From: a bacterium
GTDB taxonomy: Bacteria; Electryoneota; JAOADG01
Length of the DNA: 64,000 bases
Direction: 5' to 3'
NCBI GenBank assembly: GCA_963681965.1
Contig: OY820579.1
Coordinates: forward strand, 3,552,001 to 3,616,000
The position numbers and the translations under genes are program-made. Below the pieces are notes generated by a model that was not told the origin of the DNA, made no database searches, and was given only the letters and a program-made list of their open reading frames with translations. Positions 20,057 through 30,620 of the stretch are shown piece by piece (positions within the stretch are counted from its first letter, which is position 1; each line of letters starts with the position of its first letter).

Positions 20057-22255
20057 CTAGCGCAGCAAGATTAATTTCTGTGTCTTGGTCACCGATCCCG
20101 CTTGCAATCTCAAAAAGTAGGTTCCGGATGCGAGTGTTTTTCCATCGAAATGGACGCGATATGTACCGGGATGCTGCGAGAAATTGACTAGCGTACCAAT
20201 CTCTCGCCCCTGCAGATCGAATACCTTAAGATCGACATGAGTCGTTGCAGGTAATGTGTACTCGATCGTAGTCGTGGCATTGAACGGATTGGGATAATTT
20301 GGTTTTAGTGTGATGGATTGCGGGAGTGCAGTCGATACCCGGTCGACAATCCCGAGTGCTTGCGCGACATCGTATACCGCGAACAACGTCTGTCCGACAG
20401 TAAATATTCGGTTGCCGCCATAGACCATCTTATTGGTATAAAAAGCGTTTTCGTCGTACCCGATTTCGCGGAGGTGCAATGGATCGGCAATATTCAGGAC
20501 ACGCAGCCCACCGGAACCGTAGCCAAATAAATAATTCCCCGAAACAAGAATCGAATTGAAAAAGGCGATATCACCATTCGCGTAAGCCGATACTTGAATA
20601 ACTAAATCAGGTATTGCGAAACGATAAATACGGAGCGAATCGGAAAAGGCGACGTACAGATAATTTCCTTGGAATGCCAAATCGGAAAAATAGTCGAGCG
20701 AATCCATCACGATGAGATCCGGAAAACCGATTCGACCCATATTCTGCAGCTCAATGCAAGAATTCGATGAAAAGATGGCAATACTGTCGGAAATTTGAAT
20801 CTTCGTGTAATTTCGATCTGGTTGATCAAAGTCGGCACCCCAAGCCGAAACAGGACTTGCCGGATCAGAGATATCGTACGCTTTCAAAGAATCGTCTGAT
20901 ACATATTCGATTGTATAGGCATAGTTTCCGCGAATATCAAAATCGAATATTATATGATTACCAAATTCTGCAATCTGGCGTGGCTGTGCTGGATTACTGA
21001 TATTGAATACACGGATACTGTCCCACCCCATCAAGTAGGCATAATTGCCGGAAATTTTCACTTTTTGCGCATACGTATGCGTTGGCACACGGCTGATTTG
21101 TACCGGGGTCGCGCCTGCAATATTGTAAACTCGTAACCCCGAATTACCATCGGCGAGATAGCAATAATTTCCTGAAACGGCAATATCTTCGGCAAAGCCG
21201 TCGAGATAAAATCCTCCAAGCGTTGAAATTTGGCGGGGAAGTGTGACGCGATTGATCCAGAGACCTTGCGCCAAATCCACGATATACATCGTGTCGTTTT
21301 GAAAAACGACATTGTAGGGTGATCCAACTGTGCGAAGAGAATTCCCATAGTAGCTTTCGATGTACTGCGGTGTTTGCGGAGTGGAAATATCGATAAGGTG
21401 AATGGCGTTAGTATTACCGAACCAGTAAAGTGTATTCCCGTATTTAACGATGTTTCCCAACGAAGAATTCAGGTTACCATTACTTCCGGTTAATACCGGT
21501 GCAGCGGGATTGGCGATATTCACGGCATCGACCAGCGTCGAATCATTCGGAATGTACGCATAATTACCCGAGATCAGCGGTTTGTTTCTTCCGGTGTACT
21601 CCCCGTGATGAAGAATACAAGCACCGAGCCAGCGCGGTGCTAGAATATTGGCGAAACTGTAGATATTCAAACGCAGAGTATCATTCACGATATTTGTGAC
21701 AAAGGCGAGCGAGTCGGATAACGTGAGATTGCATAAACCGGGAACGGCATGTGTCGTCACCAAGCTCGGTTGAGCATGATTCGCGATATTAAAGATGAAT
21801 ATCGAATCACCGGGAATGACAACCGCCATCAAACTGTCGCGCACAATGATATCGCTCGGCATCCCACTCAGAGTCATGAAACCAAGACTGCTGGGATGCG
21901 CCGGATCGGTTATATTGAATGTGTAGATTCCTTGATAATCCTGATCATCATTGTATTGATAACCGGTAATCAAAGCGTAGTTACCGGATAATGCGATTTT
22001 ACTGTCGTAACCGATGTTCGCGGCTAAGTGGCTCACTTCGCTGGTCGCAGCGGGATTCGATACATTCACCACAACCAATTCGCCATTCGTCGCCAGGTAG
22101 GCTAAGTTGCCGCGAATCGCCACATCGAAGACATATCCGACGTGGAGACGTTGCTCGAAAGTGCACGAGACACCGGAACTGTCTTGCGCAAAAGCAGTCA
22201 GAGAAATTAAACTACCGATGAATACAAAGACAGTGAATAGATTCTTCGATCTCAT
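20057..22255 (-). CDS. LVIVD-like repeat protein with T9SS-type C-terminal sorting domain
   Basis: Signal peptide, repeats (GNYAY...LRVYNI.NP) and C-terminal NYPNPFN...LASGTYF. Confidence 0.87.
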   Translation of the reverse strand: MRSKNLFTVFVFIGSLISLTAFAQDSSGVSCTFEQRLHVGYVFDVAIRGNLAYLATNGELVVVNVSNPAATSEVSHLAANIGYDSKIALSGNYALITGYQYNDDQDYQGIYTFNITDPAHPSSLGFMTLSGMPSDIIVRDSLMAVVIPGDSIFIFNIANHAQPSLVTTHAVPGLCNLTLSDSLAFVTNIVNDTLRLNIYSFANILAPRWLGACILHHGEYTGRNKPLISGNYAYIPNDSTLVDAVNIANPAAPVLTGSNGNLNSSLGNIVKYGNTLYWFGNTNAIHLIDISTPQTPQYIESYYGNSLRTVGSPYNVVFQNDTMYIVDLAQGLWINRVTLPRQISTLGGFYLDGFAEDIAVSGNYCYLADGNSGLRVYNIAGATPVQISRVPTHTYAQKVKISGNYAYLMGWDSIRVFNISNPAQPRQIAEFGNHIIFDFDIRGNYAYTIEYVSDDSLKAYDISDPASPVSAWGADFDQPDRNYTKIQISDSIAIFSSNSCIELQNMGRIGFPDLIVMDSLDYFSDLAFQGNYLYVAFSDSLRIYRFAIPDLVIQVSAYANGDIAFFNSILVSGNYLFGYGSGGLRVLNIADPLHLREIGYDENAFYTNKMVYGGNRIFTVGQTLFAVYDVAQALGIVDRVSTALPQSITLKPNYPNPFNATTTIEYTLPATTHVDLKVFDLQGREIGTLVNFSQHPGTYRVHFDGKTLASGTYFLRLQAGSVTKTQKLILLR

Positions 22256-22509
22256 AGTAAACTCGATTTAAATGGATTGGGTAGCGGAAAAACAATAGTT
22301 ATTACTACAATCTAGTACTTCAATATTACTGTATTTTTCTATTTAAGTAAATAGTCGATGGCAATTTATCGTTATTCGACCTCTTGATCGACAAGTACGA
22401 ACACAAAGGCGTCAAGTCTATTGTATATTATTATTAATGTTAATACTTCGAAACGGGTAAACTCATTCTTAGGTGGGAAGAATAGTATTATTGTCGCAAT
22501 CCAGAGTTA

Positions 22510-23599
22510 TACCGTTTCTCATAAATAGTGTCGCATTGTTTCTTATCTTTATTTCATGCGACCTTTATCTCCTAATCCTGCGAATGGTACTTTGGACGAG
22601 ATCGAAGAAGCCCTTCGTTGTTCGGTTGACCATGACGAGCACTGTCGCTTTCAAGGGATTAAAATGCTCTTGTTAGGGTTACCGGACAATCAAGTTTGTC
22701 AAGTGTTGTCGGTTGTACCGCGATCTTTACAGCGGTGGGTTCAGCATTGGAACGCCGGTGGCATTGACCGTTTGAAACGGATACCGCGACCGGGACGACC
22801 GCGCAAAGCTAACAAAGAACAACGGTTTCTGGTTGTCGATTGGCTTACCCATCCCGAGCAGCACGGACAGACACACTGGACACTACGCAAGTTGCATGGC
22901 GTATTGCGTAGCGAACTACGCATCGAATTGGGCTATTCCACGCTCGCCCGTCTTGTTCGCGATGAACGATTTGCCTTGAATATGCCGCGATCCTGGCCGG
23001 CAAAACAGGATGCCGAGGCCCGGTTGGCTTTCACAGAACTGCTGTCGTCGCTGCTTGCCAGCGATCCCAATCGGATTTGGTTCTACGACGAAAGCGGCAT
23101 TACCGGCGATCCACGCCCGCGCCGACGCTGGATGCGGAAAGGAGAACGACAAACGGTTCCCTTTACCGGCACCCATTTGCGGGAAAACATTTTGGGCGCG
23201 GTACAACCCTTATCCGGTCGGTTGTTTTCGCTGCAAATGCCGGAAGTGGATCGGGAACTGTTCCAGATTTTCCTTGACCACTTCGCCGAATATACCAAGG
23301 GCGAAAGGGTAACAATGGTGCTGGACAATGCCAGTTGGCACAAGGTTAAATCGTTAAACTGGCATCATATTCAACCAATATTCTTGCCACCCTATTCACC
23401 CGATCTCAACCCGATAGAACGATTGTGGTTGTATATCAAAGAGCATTACTTCAACCATTGGTACAGCAAGTCCAGAGAAGAACTAAGAGATCGGGTAACA
23501 TGGGCAATACAACAGCTACTCAATCAACCAGAAATTGTAAAATCTGTAACACGAGTGTGAGAGTAAATCACAATGCGACACGATTTTCAAGAAATGGTA
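22510..23599 (+). mobile_element. IS630 family insertion sequence (complete)
   Basis: 29-bp terminal inverted repeats (TACCGTTTCTCATAAATAGTGTCGCATTG, 24/29 match) flanked by a TA duplication (22508-22509, 23600-23601). Confidence 0.92.
22556..23560 (+). CDS. IS630 family transposase
   Basis: HTH (RPGRPRK) and DDE motifs FYDES, LDNASWH and PPYSPDLNPIE. Confidence 0.95.
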   Translation: MRPLSPNPANGTLDEIEEALRCSVDHDEHCRFQGIKMLLLGLPDNQVCQVLSVVPRSLQRWVQHWNAGGIDRLKRIPRPGRPRKANKEQRFLVVDWLTHPEQHGQTHWTLRKLHGVLRSELRIELGYSTLARLVRDERFALNMPRSWPAKQDAEARLAFTELLSSLLASDPNRIWFYDESGITGDPRPRRRWMRKGERQTVPFTGTHLRENILGAVQPLSGRLFSLQMPEVDRELFQIFLDHFAEYTKGERVTMVLDNASWHKVKSLNWHHIQPIFLPPYSPDLNPIERLWLYIKEHYFNHWYSKSREELRDRVTWAIQQLLNQPEIVKSVTRV

Positions 23600-23762
23600 T
23601 AAATCAGATTCCAATCTCATAAATATTTACTTAGTCATCATTTTCATTTGCGTAGCTAATTTGAACGATTTATTATATACTCCATTCATCTACACATTTC
23701 AGCCATTACTATTTACAATTTTTTTCACCGACGACTCAAACCCATTTTCGTAAGGATCCACA

Positions 23763-24842
23763 ATGCGACAAAAGAAATGTTTCTTCATTTGCGAATTTGG
23801 TAAAGAAAGAACTCCAACTCGAAAGAAAGCAGATCGAATTCTTCTCGATTTCATTAAACCGGTACTCAGCGAACTTAAGTACATCGTTCACAGAGGAGAT
23901 GTTCCAGACTCCAATAAACCGATTCCTGATGCGATATCCGACCACCTATTTCACGATGACCTCGTTATTGCCGACATATCTACTTGTAATCCCAATGTTT
24001 TTTTCGAATTGGGAAATCGTCACGCTTGGGGAAAACGGTGTTTGTTGATTACTCAGAATATTAAGAAACTACCATTCAATGTAAACCATCTAAGAGTCAT
24101 CGAATACAGCCTGACAAAAACCGAATTTGAGAAAAGTAAGATCAAGTTACGGACTGCAGTTCAAGCTGCAGAAAAAGCACCTGCTGAACTACCAAAATCC
24201 CTCGATCTCGAAATAATGTCAAATTGGATCAATGATAAAGTGGGAAATACTTTTATCGTGGATCGGAAACGTGGACATTTGGAACACTATCAACTCGCTA
24301 CCGAATTAGCCAAGGAAGAGTGTAAACGGATCTTTTTAATGCAACGCAGCAGCACTTTGATCTTTGGATCCGACGCCAATAACAAAGACGAAAAGCCCTT
24401 CTACAATACACTTCTGGAAAAGATTCAACAAGGTGTGGAATTTTATCATATCGTCAGTCTGGAAGGTATTAAGCGGTATTTACAGCAAGTAACCGATCAT
24501 AAGGAGATCCTTAAATCACTGAAGAAATTGAGTGCAGACGATAGAAAAAACGTCGTGATAAAAGGAAAGGATCGGATCTCGGTATTTAAAATTATGCGTG
24601 ATCAATCCAAGAAAAATGCCCTAAGCCCCGATCGACAAGCGCGTGCATTTATTGTTGAGTTGACAAATGGCGTTACGGAAGGGGTGTTAGTGGTGGATAT
24701 CGGTGGTTTGCAGTCAAGTTTTCGCATTCGCGGACCGATTGTTCAAGAATTTCTGAAAGACTGTTTGGAGTTTTATAAATCTGGATGCAAGAATTTAAGT
24801 TGGAAAACACTGAATAGCGTGTTAAATATTCCACCGAAATAA
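23763..24842 (+). CDS. Nucleoside 2-deoxyribosyltransferase-like N-terminal domain protein (possible defence effector)
   Basis: KCFFI...DLVIADISTCNPNVFFELG...LPFNV motif; unrecognised C-terminal domain. Confidence 0.7.
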   Translation: MRQKKCFFICEFGKERTPTRKKADRILLDFIKPVLSELKYIVHRGDVPDSNKPIPDAISDHLFHDDLVIADISTCNPNVFFELGNRHAWGKRCLLITQNIKKLPFNVNHLRVIEYSLTKTEFEKSKIKLRTAVQAAEKAPAELPKSLDLEIMSNWINDKVGNTFIVDRKRGHLEHYQLATELAKEECKRIFLMQRSSTLIFGSDANNKDEKPFYNTLLEKIQQGVEFYHIVSLEGIKRYLQQVTDHKEILKSLKKLSADDRKNVVIKGKDRISVFKIMRDQSKKNALSPDRQARAFIVELTNGVTEGVLVVDIGGLQSSFRIRGPIVQEFLKDCLEFYKSGCKNLSWKTLNSVLNIPPK

Positions 24843-25045
24843 GTATTGCGAGAGCTGTCTACGATATTTCCTTCAGTTCGTGAATTCTAGCTGAATGTCG
24901 ATATTCTCAAATCGATTCAATGATTTTGTGATCGTTATTATTTCTTAACTAATTCCTTAACCTTATCATAGTGCGTATGCAGATCGGCACATCACTCACT
25001 TACCCACAAAATCAAATTTGATCACAGACATCTGCAAAATATCCC

Positions 25046-26529
25046 TCAAACAAAATATTGCTGGATCGTCTTGCGGAAATGATAGCCGTAAATCGCCAGT
25101 GTGATTGCGTGTGGAAACAGCCGCGGATGCAGGAACAGCGACCAGAAAAAGATTTTCCAGTACTGAAATCGTTCTTTCCCGATGACCCCGAGTTCGATGA
25201 TCGAGCGCGCCAAGGCGTGCAATTCGGGAATCTTGATTCGAAATCCATCGTGTGAGATCGATTTGTATTCGCGCAAATAGTGCTTCACCCGCGCATAATA
25301 ATTCTTCGGTGCATAGATTTTTTCAGGATGTCGCGATACCCTTCCAATAATGTATCGACATTCATTTTCGGGATAAAGTTCAGTGAAAAATCAGTATTGT
25401 TTCCGCTCATATTTTTCAACAATCGACCTTCGGAACGCAACCGTTCGTAGAGTTTCGTACCGATCGGCGCATTCAGCAGTCCGACCATCGCCGTAACGAT
25501 TCCGGTCTCCTGGATGAAATTGGAGAGTAAATCGAAGATCCTCGGTGAATCGTTATCGAAACCAAGAATGAAACCCGCTTCGACTTGCAATCCCGCCGAT
25601 TGGATTTTATGGATACTGTCGACCAGATCGCGATTCTTGTTGGTGACTTTGCCACATTCGATGAGGCTTGCTTCATTGGGCGACTCGATTCCAACGAAGA
25701 CTGTATTGAAACCCGCTTTGACCATCATCACCATCAGCTCTTCATCGTCTGCCATGTTGATCGTTCCTTCGGTGGATAATTTGAACGGATGCTTGTTTGT
25801 TTCCATCCAAGTGATCATTTGCGGCAGGATTTCGGCTTTTATTTTGCCCTTATTGCCGATGAAATTATCGTCGACCAGAAACACACCATTATCCCAGCCA
25901 AACTGTCTCAAGCTGTCGAATTCGGCGATCAATTGCGGACCGGACTTCGTGCGCGGCTTGTGACCATACAACACGGTGATATCACAGAAATGGCAATCGT
26001 AGGGACAGCCGCGCGAATATTGGATATTCATCGTAGCGTAATGCCGGGGTTTGATCAGACTCCATTTCGGGATCGGCGTAGTGGAGATATCGGCAAATTC
26101 GGTACTGGTGTAAATATGCTTCGGGATGTTTTGTTCTAGATCTTGGAGAAACAGTGGAAGGGTTAATTCGGCTTCGTTCAGGATCAGGTGATCGACTTCG
26201 GGAAATTCATCGCGATGCGCGGTAAAAAGTGGACCTCCGGCAACGATTTTCGTGTTCCACTTCCGACACCGGGCGATCACTTCATTCACCGATTCGCGTT
26301 GCACAGTCATGGCGCTGATAAAAACGTAATCTGCCCATTGAATATCTTTGTCCCGCAATTTCCCGACATTCAGATCGACCATTCGTTGTTCCCAACTGTC
26401 CGGCAGCATCGCCGCGACGGTCAGCAATCCCAGCGGGGGACCACTTGCCTTTTTCATGACGAATTTTAGCGCGTGTCGGAAGCTCCAGAAGGTATCTGGA
26501 CACCGTGGATAAATCAGCAATATCTTCAT
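25046..26529 (-). pseudogene. B12-binding radical SAM protein (DUF4070-type C-terminus), frameshifted near the 3' end
   Basis: PPLGL and SRGCPYDCHFC. Adding one A to the A6 run at 25318-25323 gives LKKIYAPKNYYARVKHYLREY and joins ORF 25046..25288. May be a sequencing error. Confidence 0.75.
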
Positions 26530-26754
26530 AACCCCTTCTTACGGATCGTCGGTTGCGAGTGAAGTGCGGATGCAGGATAGAACCATCGATAGAGCATTCG
26601 ACAGTGAATGAAGCAAGGCGCTGGTAAGTGATCCCTCTTATAAAAAAATACGAGTGTATTTCCGGATTGGATATGGATTTTTCTGGTGGTTACAACTTTT
26701 TCGTAAGTATCGCATCTTCGTCGAATCAGTTCACAAAACATGTTATCACTGAAA

Positions 26755-26835
26755 GTTGGGGCGACCCACTGCGGTCGCCCGCATTCTTTATACCTGATCT
26801 TGTATTCCTAGGTAGGGGCGGTTCGAGAACCGCCC
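26755..26835. repeat. REP-like hairpins
   Basis: GTTG-GGGCGACC-N6-GGTCGCCC and GTAG-GGGCGGTTC-GA-GAACCGCCC (near-identical to the copy at 19938). Confidence 0.7.
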
Positions 26836-26924
26836 GTGTCCAAACATGATATTCGAATATAAACTGACTAACGATCCTAATTACTATCAAAATCGCACGT
26901 GATACTAATAATTTTTATCTACAG

Positions 26925-29141
26925 TTACTTGAGCAACATTAATTTCTGCGTCTTCATCGTGGAACCTGCTTGCAATCGCAAAAAGTAGGTGCCGGATGCG
27001 AGCGATCGTCCATCGAATTGAACGCGATACGTCCCGGGATGCTGCAGGAAATTGACCAGTGTGCCGATCTCTCGCCCCTGCACATCGAATACCTTGAGAT
27101 TAACGTGACTCGTCGTCGGTAGTGAATATTCGATAGTAGTGCTGTTGTTAAAGGGATTCGGATAATTTTGCTTTAGTTCGAAATTCTGTGGCAATTCGGT
27201 TGAGATGCGATCGACAACGCCGAGGGCTTGGGAAACGTCGTAGATATTGAAATAGGTACCGCAAGCGGAATATAAGTGCGAACGATCGATCAGGTAGTTC
27301 ATTGGACTCACGGCTTGTTCGAAAAAGCCGACTTCATGTGGGTGTACGGGATCGGAAACATTTAATACTCTTAGTCCTGCTCCCCAGCCGAACAAATAAT
27401 CGGAATTCGTAAGAAAATTATAATAAATCTCACTTCCCTCATTGTGATAGTACCCCGTCACCGTGATGGTATCGGGATTGGCAATGTCATACATCCACAA
27501 CGTATCGTATGTTCCACAATAGAGGGTGTTACCGTGAATGGAAAAATCGTAACATTCACCGTTCGTGTAAATATGATGATGAGTTAGACGATCGGGGTGA
27601 CTTATGTTGATAGTCTCTAATCCATTATCTGTAGCCAAGTAAATAGTACTGTCTTTCAGAAGTAATCTGGTATTAAAATAGGGCAAACTTCCAATACTGA
27701 TCGATCCTAGTAAAATCGGATAAGCTGGATTTGCCACATCGAATGTCTTCAAATAATCATCGCCGGCATATCTGATATAGGCATAATGCGATGAAACAGC
27801 CATATCTATCGGAACACAATCTTGAAATGCGAGACCACCCGACCGTACCGGTGAAGTTAGATTGCTGATATCATAAATTAAAATAGAGTCTGCACAAAAG
27901 ATATAAGCATAATGACCAACGGTATCGATTCGCGTGACCGGTGAATTGAATTGCATTTGACTAATAGAAACGGGCATTGTTCCACTGACATCATAAATAC
28001 GCAATCCTGCCGTACCATCGGCGAGATAACAATGATTATTCGAGATCGCGACACCACAAGCATCGCCGTTGTCAAAATACCCACCCAATTCTGAAATCTG
28101 GGAGCCATTCTGAATGCGATTGATCCATAGTCCGCGACTATAATCTACGATAAACATCGTATCATGGCTGAAAAAAAGATTGTATACACATCCTAAACTA
28201 TTGGTCGAATCGCCACAATACGATTCCGAATGCAATAAGACTGGCGCACTTGGGTTGGATACATCGACAATATGGATTTCCTGTTGATCGCCGTACAAAT
28301 ATAAGTAGTTTCCAAGTTTCGCGATTCCGGGAAATCCATGCGATACGAAATGAGTCGTACTGATAACTGTCGGAGCATCGGGATTGGCGATATCGATCAC
28401 ATCGACCAGCGAAGTGTCGCTTGGTACATAGGCGTAATGTCCATCGATCACCATTTGATTGATATACTGATAATGATCGCGTTGATGCAGATTGCAGGAT
28501 CCGCGCCATTGCATCGAATCCGGTGAGATAAAGCGATATGTCAAAAATTGCATCGTGTCGTTTACCAGCGAAGTCGCGTTCAAATTTGAATCGGCAATTG
28601 CGAGGTAGCGAAAACCCGGAATGACGTAATCCCGAAGTCGCACGGGATGATGCAAGCTGGATAATCGATAAAATGTGACCGTATCGGCTGAGCAATTGAA
28701 CGAGAAGATACTGTCGTTCAGAGCGAAGATCTTCGGTTGGTGGTTGTAGTCGAACGATAATCGCGCAGTATCGATTAGAATTGGATGAACAGGATTACTG
28801 ATGTCAAAAACATATACTACGCGAAGAAATTGAGGAACATATACACATCCTGTAATCAAGGCATAGTTACCCATTAGTGCGATCTGCGCAGTAACCCCGC
28901 CTTTTAATGGAGTATAGAACTGCTCTTGCGGCGAAGCGGGATTGGTAATGTCTACAACGATAAATTCATCATTTGTTCTTACGAAAGCATAATGATCGCG
29001 CACAACGGAATCGTAGATTCGACCGGGATGTAATCGTTCGCGATAGTTACAACTGACACCGGAACTGTCTTGAGCGAATGCTGAAAGAGAAGTGAGAAAA
29101 ACCGCAAGAAAGAAAACAGGAGTAGCATATTTCCGAAGCAT
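26925..29141 (-). CDS. LVIVD-like repeat protein with T9SS-type CTD (paralog of 20057..22255)
   Basis: Shared AFAQDSSGVSC start, same repeat architecture, highly similar CTD. Confidence 0.87.
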   Translation of the reverse strand: MLRKYATPVFFLAVFLTSLSAFAQDSSGVSCNYRERLHPGRIYDSVVRDHYAFVRTNDEFIVVDITNPASPQEQFYTPLKGGVTAQIALMGNYALITGCVYVPQFLRVVYVFDISNPVHPILIDTARLSFDYNHQPKIFALNDSIFSFNCSADTVTFYRLSSLHHPVRLRDYVIPGFRYLAIADSNLNATSLVNDTMQFLTYRFISPDSMQWRGSCNLHQRDHYQYINQMVIDGHYAYVPSDTSLVDVIDIANPDAPTVISTTHFVSHGFPGIAKLGNYLYLYGDQQEIHIVDVSNPSAPVLLHSESYCGDSTNSLGCVYNLFFSHDTMFIVDYSRGLWINRIQNGSQISELGGYFDNGDACGVAISNNHCYLADGTAGLRIYDVSGTMPVSISQMQFNSPVTRIDTVGHYAYIFCADSILIYDISNLTSPVRSGGLAFQDCVPIDMAVSSHYAYIRYAGDDYLKTFDVANPAYPILLGSISIGSLPYFNTRLLLKDSTIYLATDNGLETINISHPDRLTHHHIYTNGECYDFSIHGNTLYCGTYDTLWMYDIANPDTITVTGYYHNEGSEIYYNFLTNSDYLFGWGAGLRVLNVSDPVHPHEVGFFEQAVSPMNYLIDRSHLYSACGTYFNIYDVSQALGVVDRISTELPQNFELKQNYPNPFNNSTTIEYSLPTTSHVNLKVFDVQGREIGTLVNFLQHPGTYRVQFDGRSLASGTYFLRLQAGSTMKTQKLMLLK

Positions 29142-29241
29142 AGTTACCTCGCTAAGATATAATCATCACACACATACCTAACCATCAACACATAACAATA
29201 TAACGTATTTGACACACAAATTGAATAGTCGATCGATAAAA

Positions 29242-30417
29242 TTACCTTATTCCCAACACCTGATCGTTGTGTGCATTCAACCCGATACTCTTTTCCCCTT
29301 TCGCAATCGCCGCGAGATCTTTTCCGAGAAATTCCCAGCGCCACCCTTTCGTGAGCCGAACCGGTGGCATCGGATGTTCCGGATTCTCCACTCCCCACCG
29401 CGCAAATGCATCGAGTTCACTCCGGACAGCGAGCAGCGATCCCGCAATCATCGTTCGCTGCGAAATCACCTTCACCCACGATGCCAAGAGATCCGCCATG
29501 GCGACGGCTTCCCAACTCGGCGCGCGCGAACCTTCGTCGGGTGCGATAAAATCGGTACGGGTGAGACCCACCCGAATCGCATCGAGAATCTGCGCCACCA
29601 AATCCTGCGAAGCCCCTTTCCAACTGCGAACCCGGCTCAGTTCCGCTTCATTGCGAGGGATCGACCGGGCAAGCTGCACAATCATCCGATCGGAGATAAT
29701 ATATTCCCGGGGCTTGTTGTAGTGCCGTGCCACCCGTTCGCGAAGTGCCGATAATTCGCGCAACACGATGAGTTCCTTGCGCCGCAAACCACGCTTGTCG
29801 CCGACCCGCTGCCATGCGTCGTCGTCATTGCGTATGTAGACTTCCGTGCGGTGGGCGATTTGCGATTCTTCGAAAAACCAATCGCAGCGATTCGCAGTAA
29901 CTAACTGATCGTAGAGCCGATTGCGCAGCGACAACAAATCCAACACATCCATCGCCGCATACCGGCACTGCGCCTCGCTGAGCGGTCGAGCCGACCAATC
30001 GGTGTAGCGCTCCATCTTTTCGTGGGTTTTATCCAATTCATCGCGGAGCAATCGCGCAAGGGCGGGTTGATCGCCGTAACCCAGAAACGATGCGGCAAGT
30101 TGCGTGTCGAATACCGGTTTGAGGGTGATACCGTAGGTCTGATAAAAGACTTCCAGATCTTGTCGAGGCGAGTGAATGATCTTTTCGATCGAATCGTCCT
30201 GCAGCAGATTTTTCAGCGGAGTTATATCCAAATTAGCGAGCGGATCCAGTAACACCGGAGCTTCCAGCGTCTCGGCAAAGAGCTGCACCAAGCAGAGTTT
30301 GGGAAAATAAACCCCTTCACCGATAAACTCGGTGTCCAATCCGATATACTTCACTGTGCTGATCCGGTCGACCACTGACCGGAGCCCGGCATCGGTATCA
30401 ATCCAAAGGTAATTCAT
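29242..30417 (-). CDS. rnd: Ribonuclease D
   Basis: LDTEF, LCLVQ, FDTQLAA, TDWSARPL, YAAMDV, HRDC region and GWR. Confidence 0.92.
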   Translation of the reverse strand: MNYLWIDTDAGLRSVVDRISTVKYIGLDTEFIGEGVYFPKLCLVQLFAETLEAPVLLDPLANLDITPLKNLLQDDSIEKIIHSPRQDLEVFYQTYGITLKPVFDTQLAASFLGYGDQPALARLLRDELDKTHEKMERYTDWSARPLSEAQCRYAAMDVLDLLSLRNRLYDQLVTANRCDWFFEESQIAHRTEVYIRNDDDAWQRVGDKRGLRRKELIVLRELSALRERVARHYNKPREYIISDRMIVQLARSIPRNEAELSRVRSWKGASQDLVAQILDAIRVGLTRTDFIAPDEGSRAPSWEAVAMADLLASWVKVISQRTMIAGSLLAVRSELDAFARWGVENPEHPMPPVRLTKGWRWEFLGKDLAAIAKGEKSIGLNAHNDQVLGIR

Positions 30418-30620
30418 TGATCTTTAGTCCAAATCAAAATTCGGCTTGTAGAGCCGGTTAAATCTGTTTACTTTACCCGCTACTTGGCGAGATACTAAAA
30501 TGTATCGTTCGCGACAATGGTTTCCAATTGTTTCAGGTCGTATCATTCAGCGAATTGTAGAAATTTAGACCGATTCTACGATTTGTGCTAGTTCTCTAAC
30601 GTTCCTTCTCAAGGCAATCT

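Noticed and set aside
23761-23770. Third IS630 end (CAATGCGACA matches the right IR)
   Set aside because: Only 10 bp from the inner part of the IR, no terminal TA, and it coincides with a start codon; likely chance.
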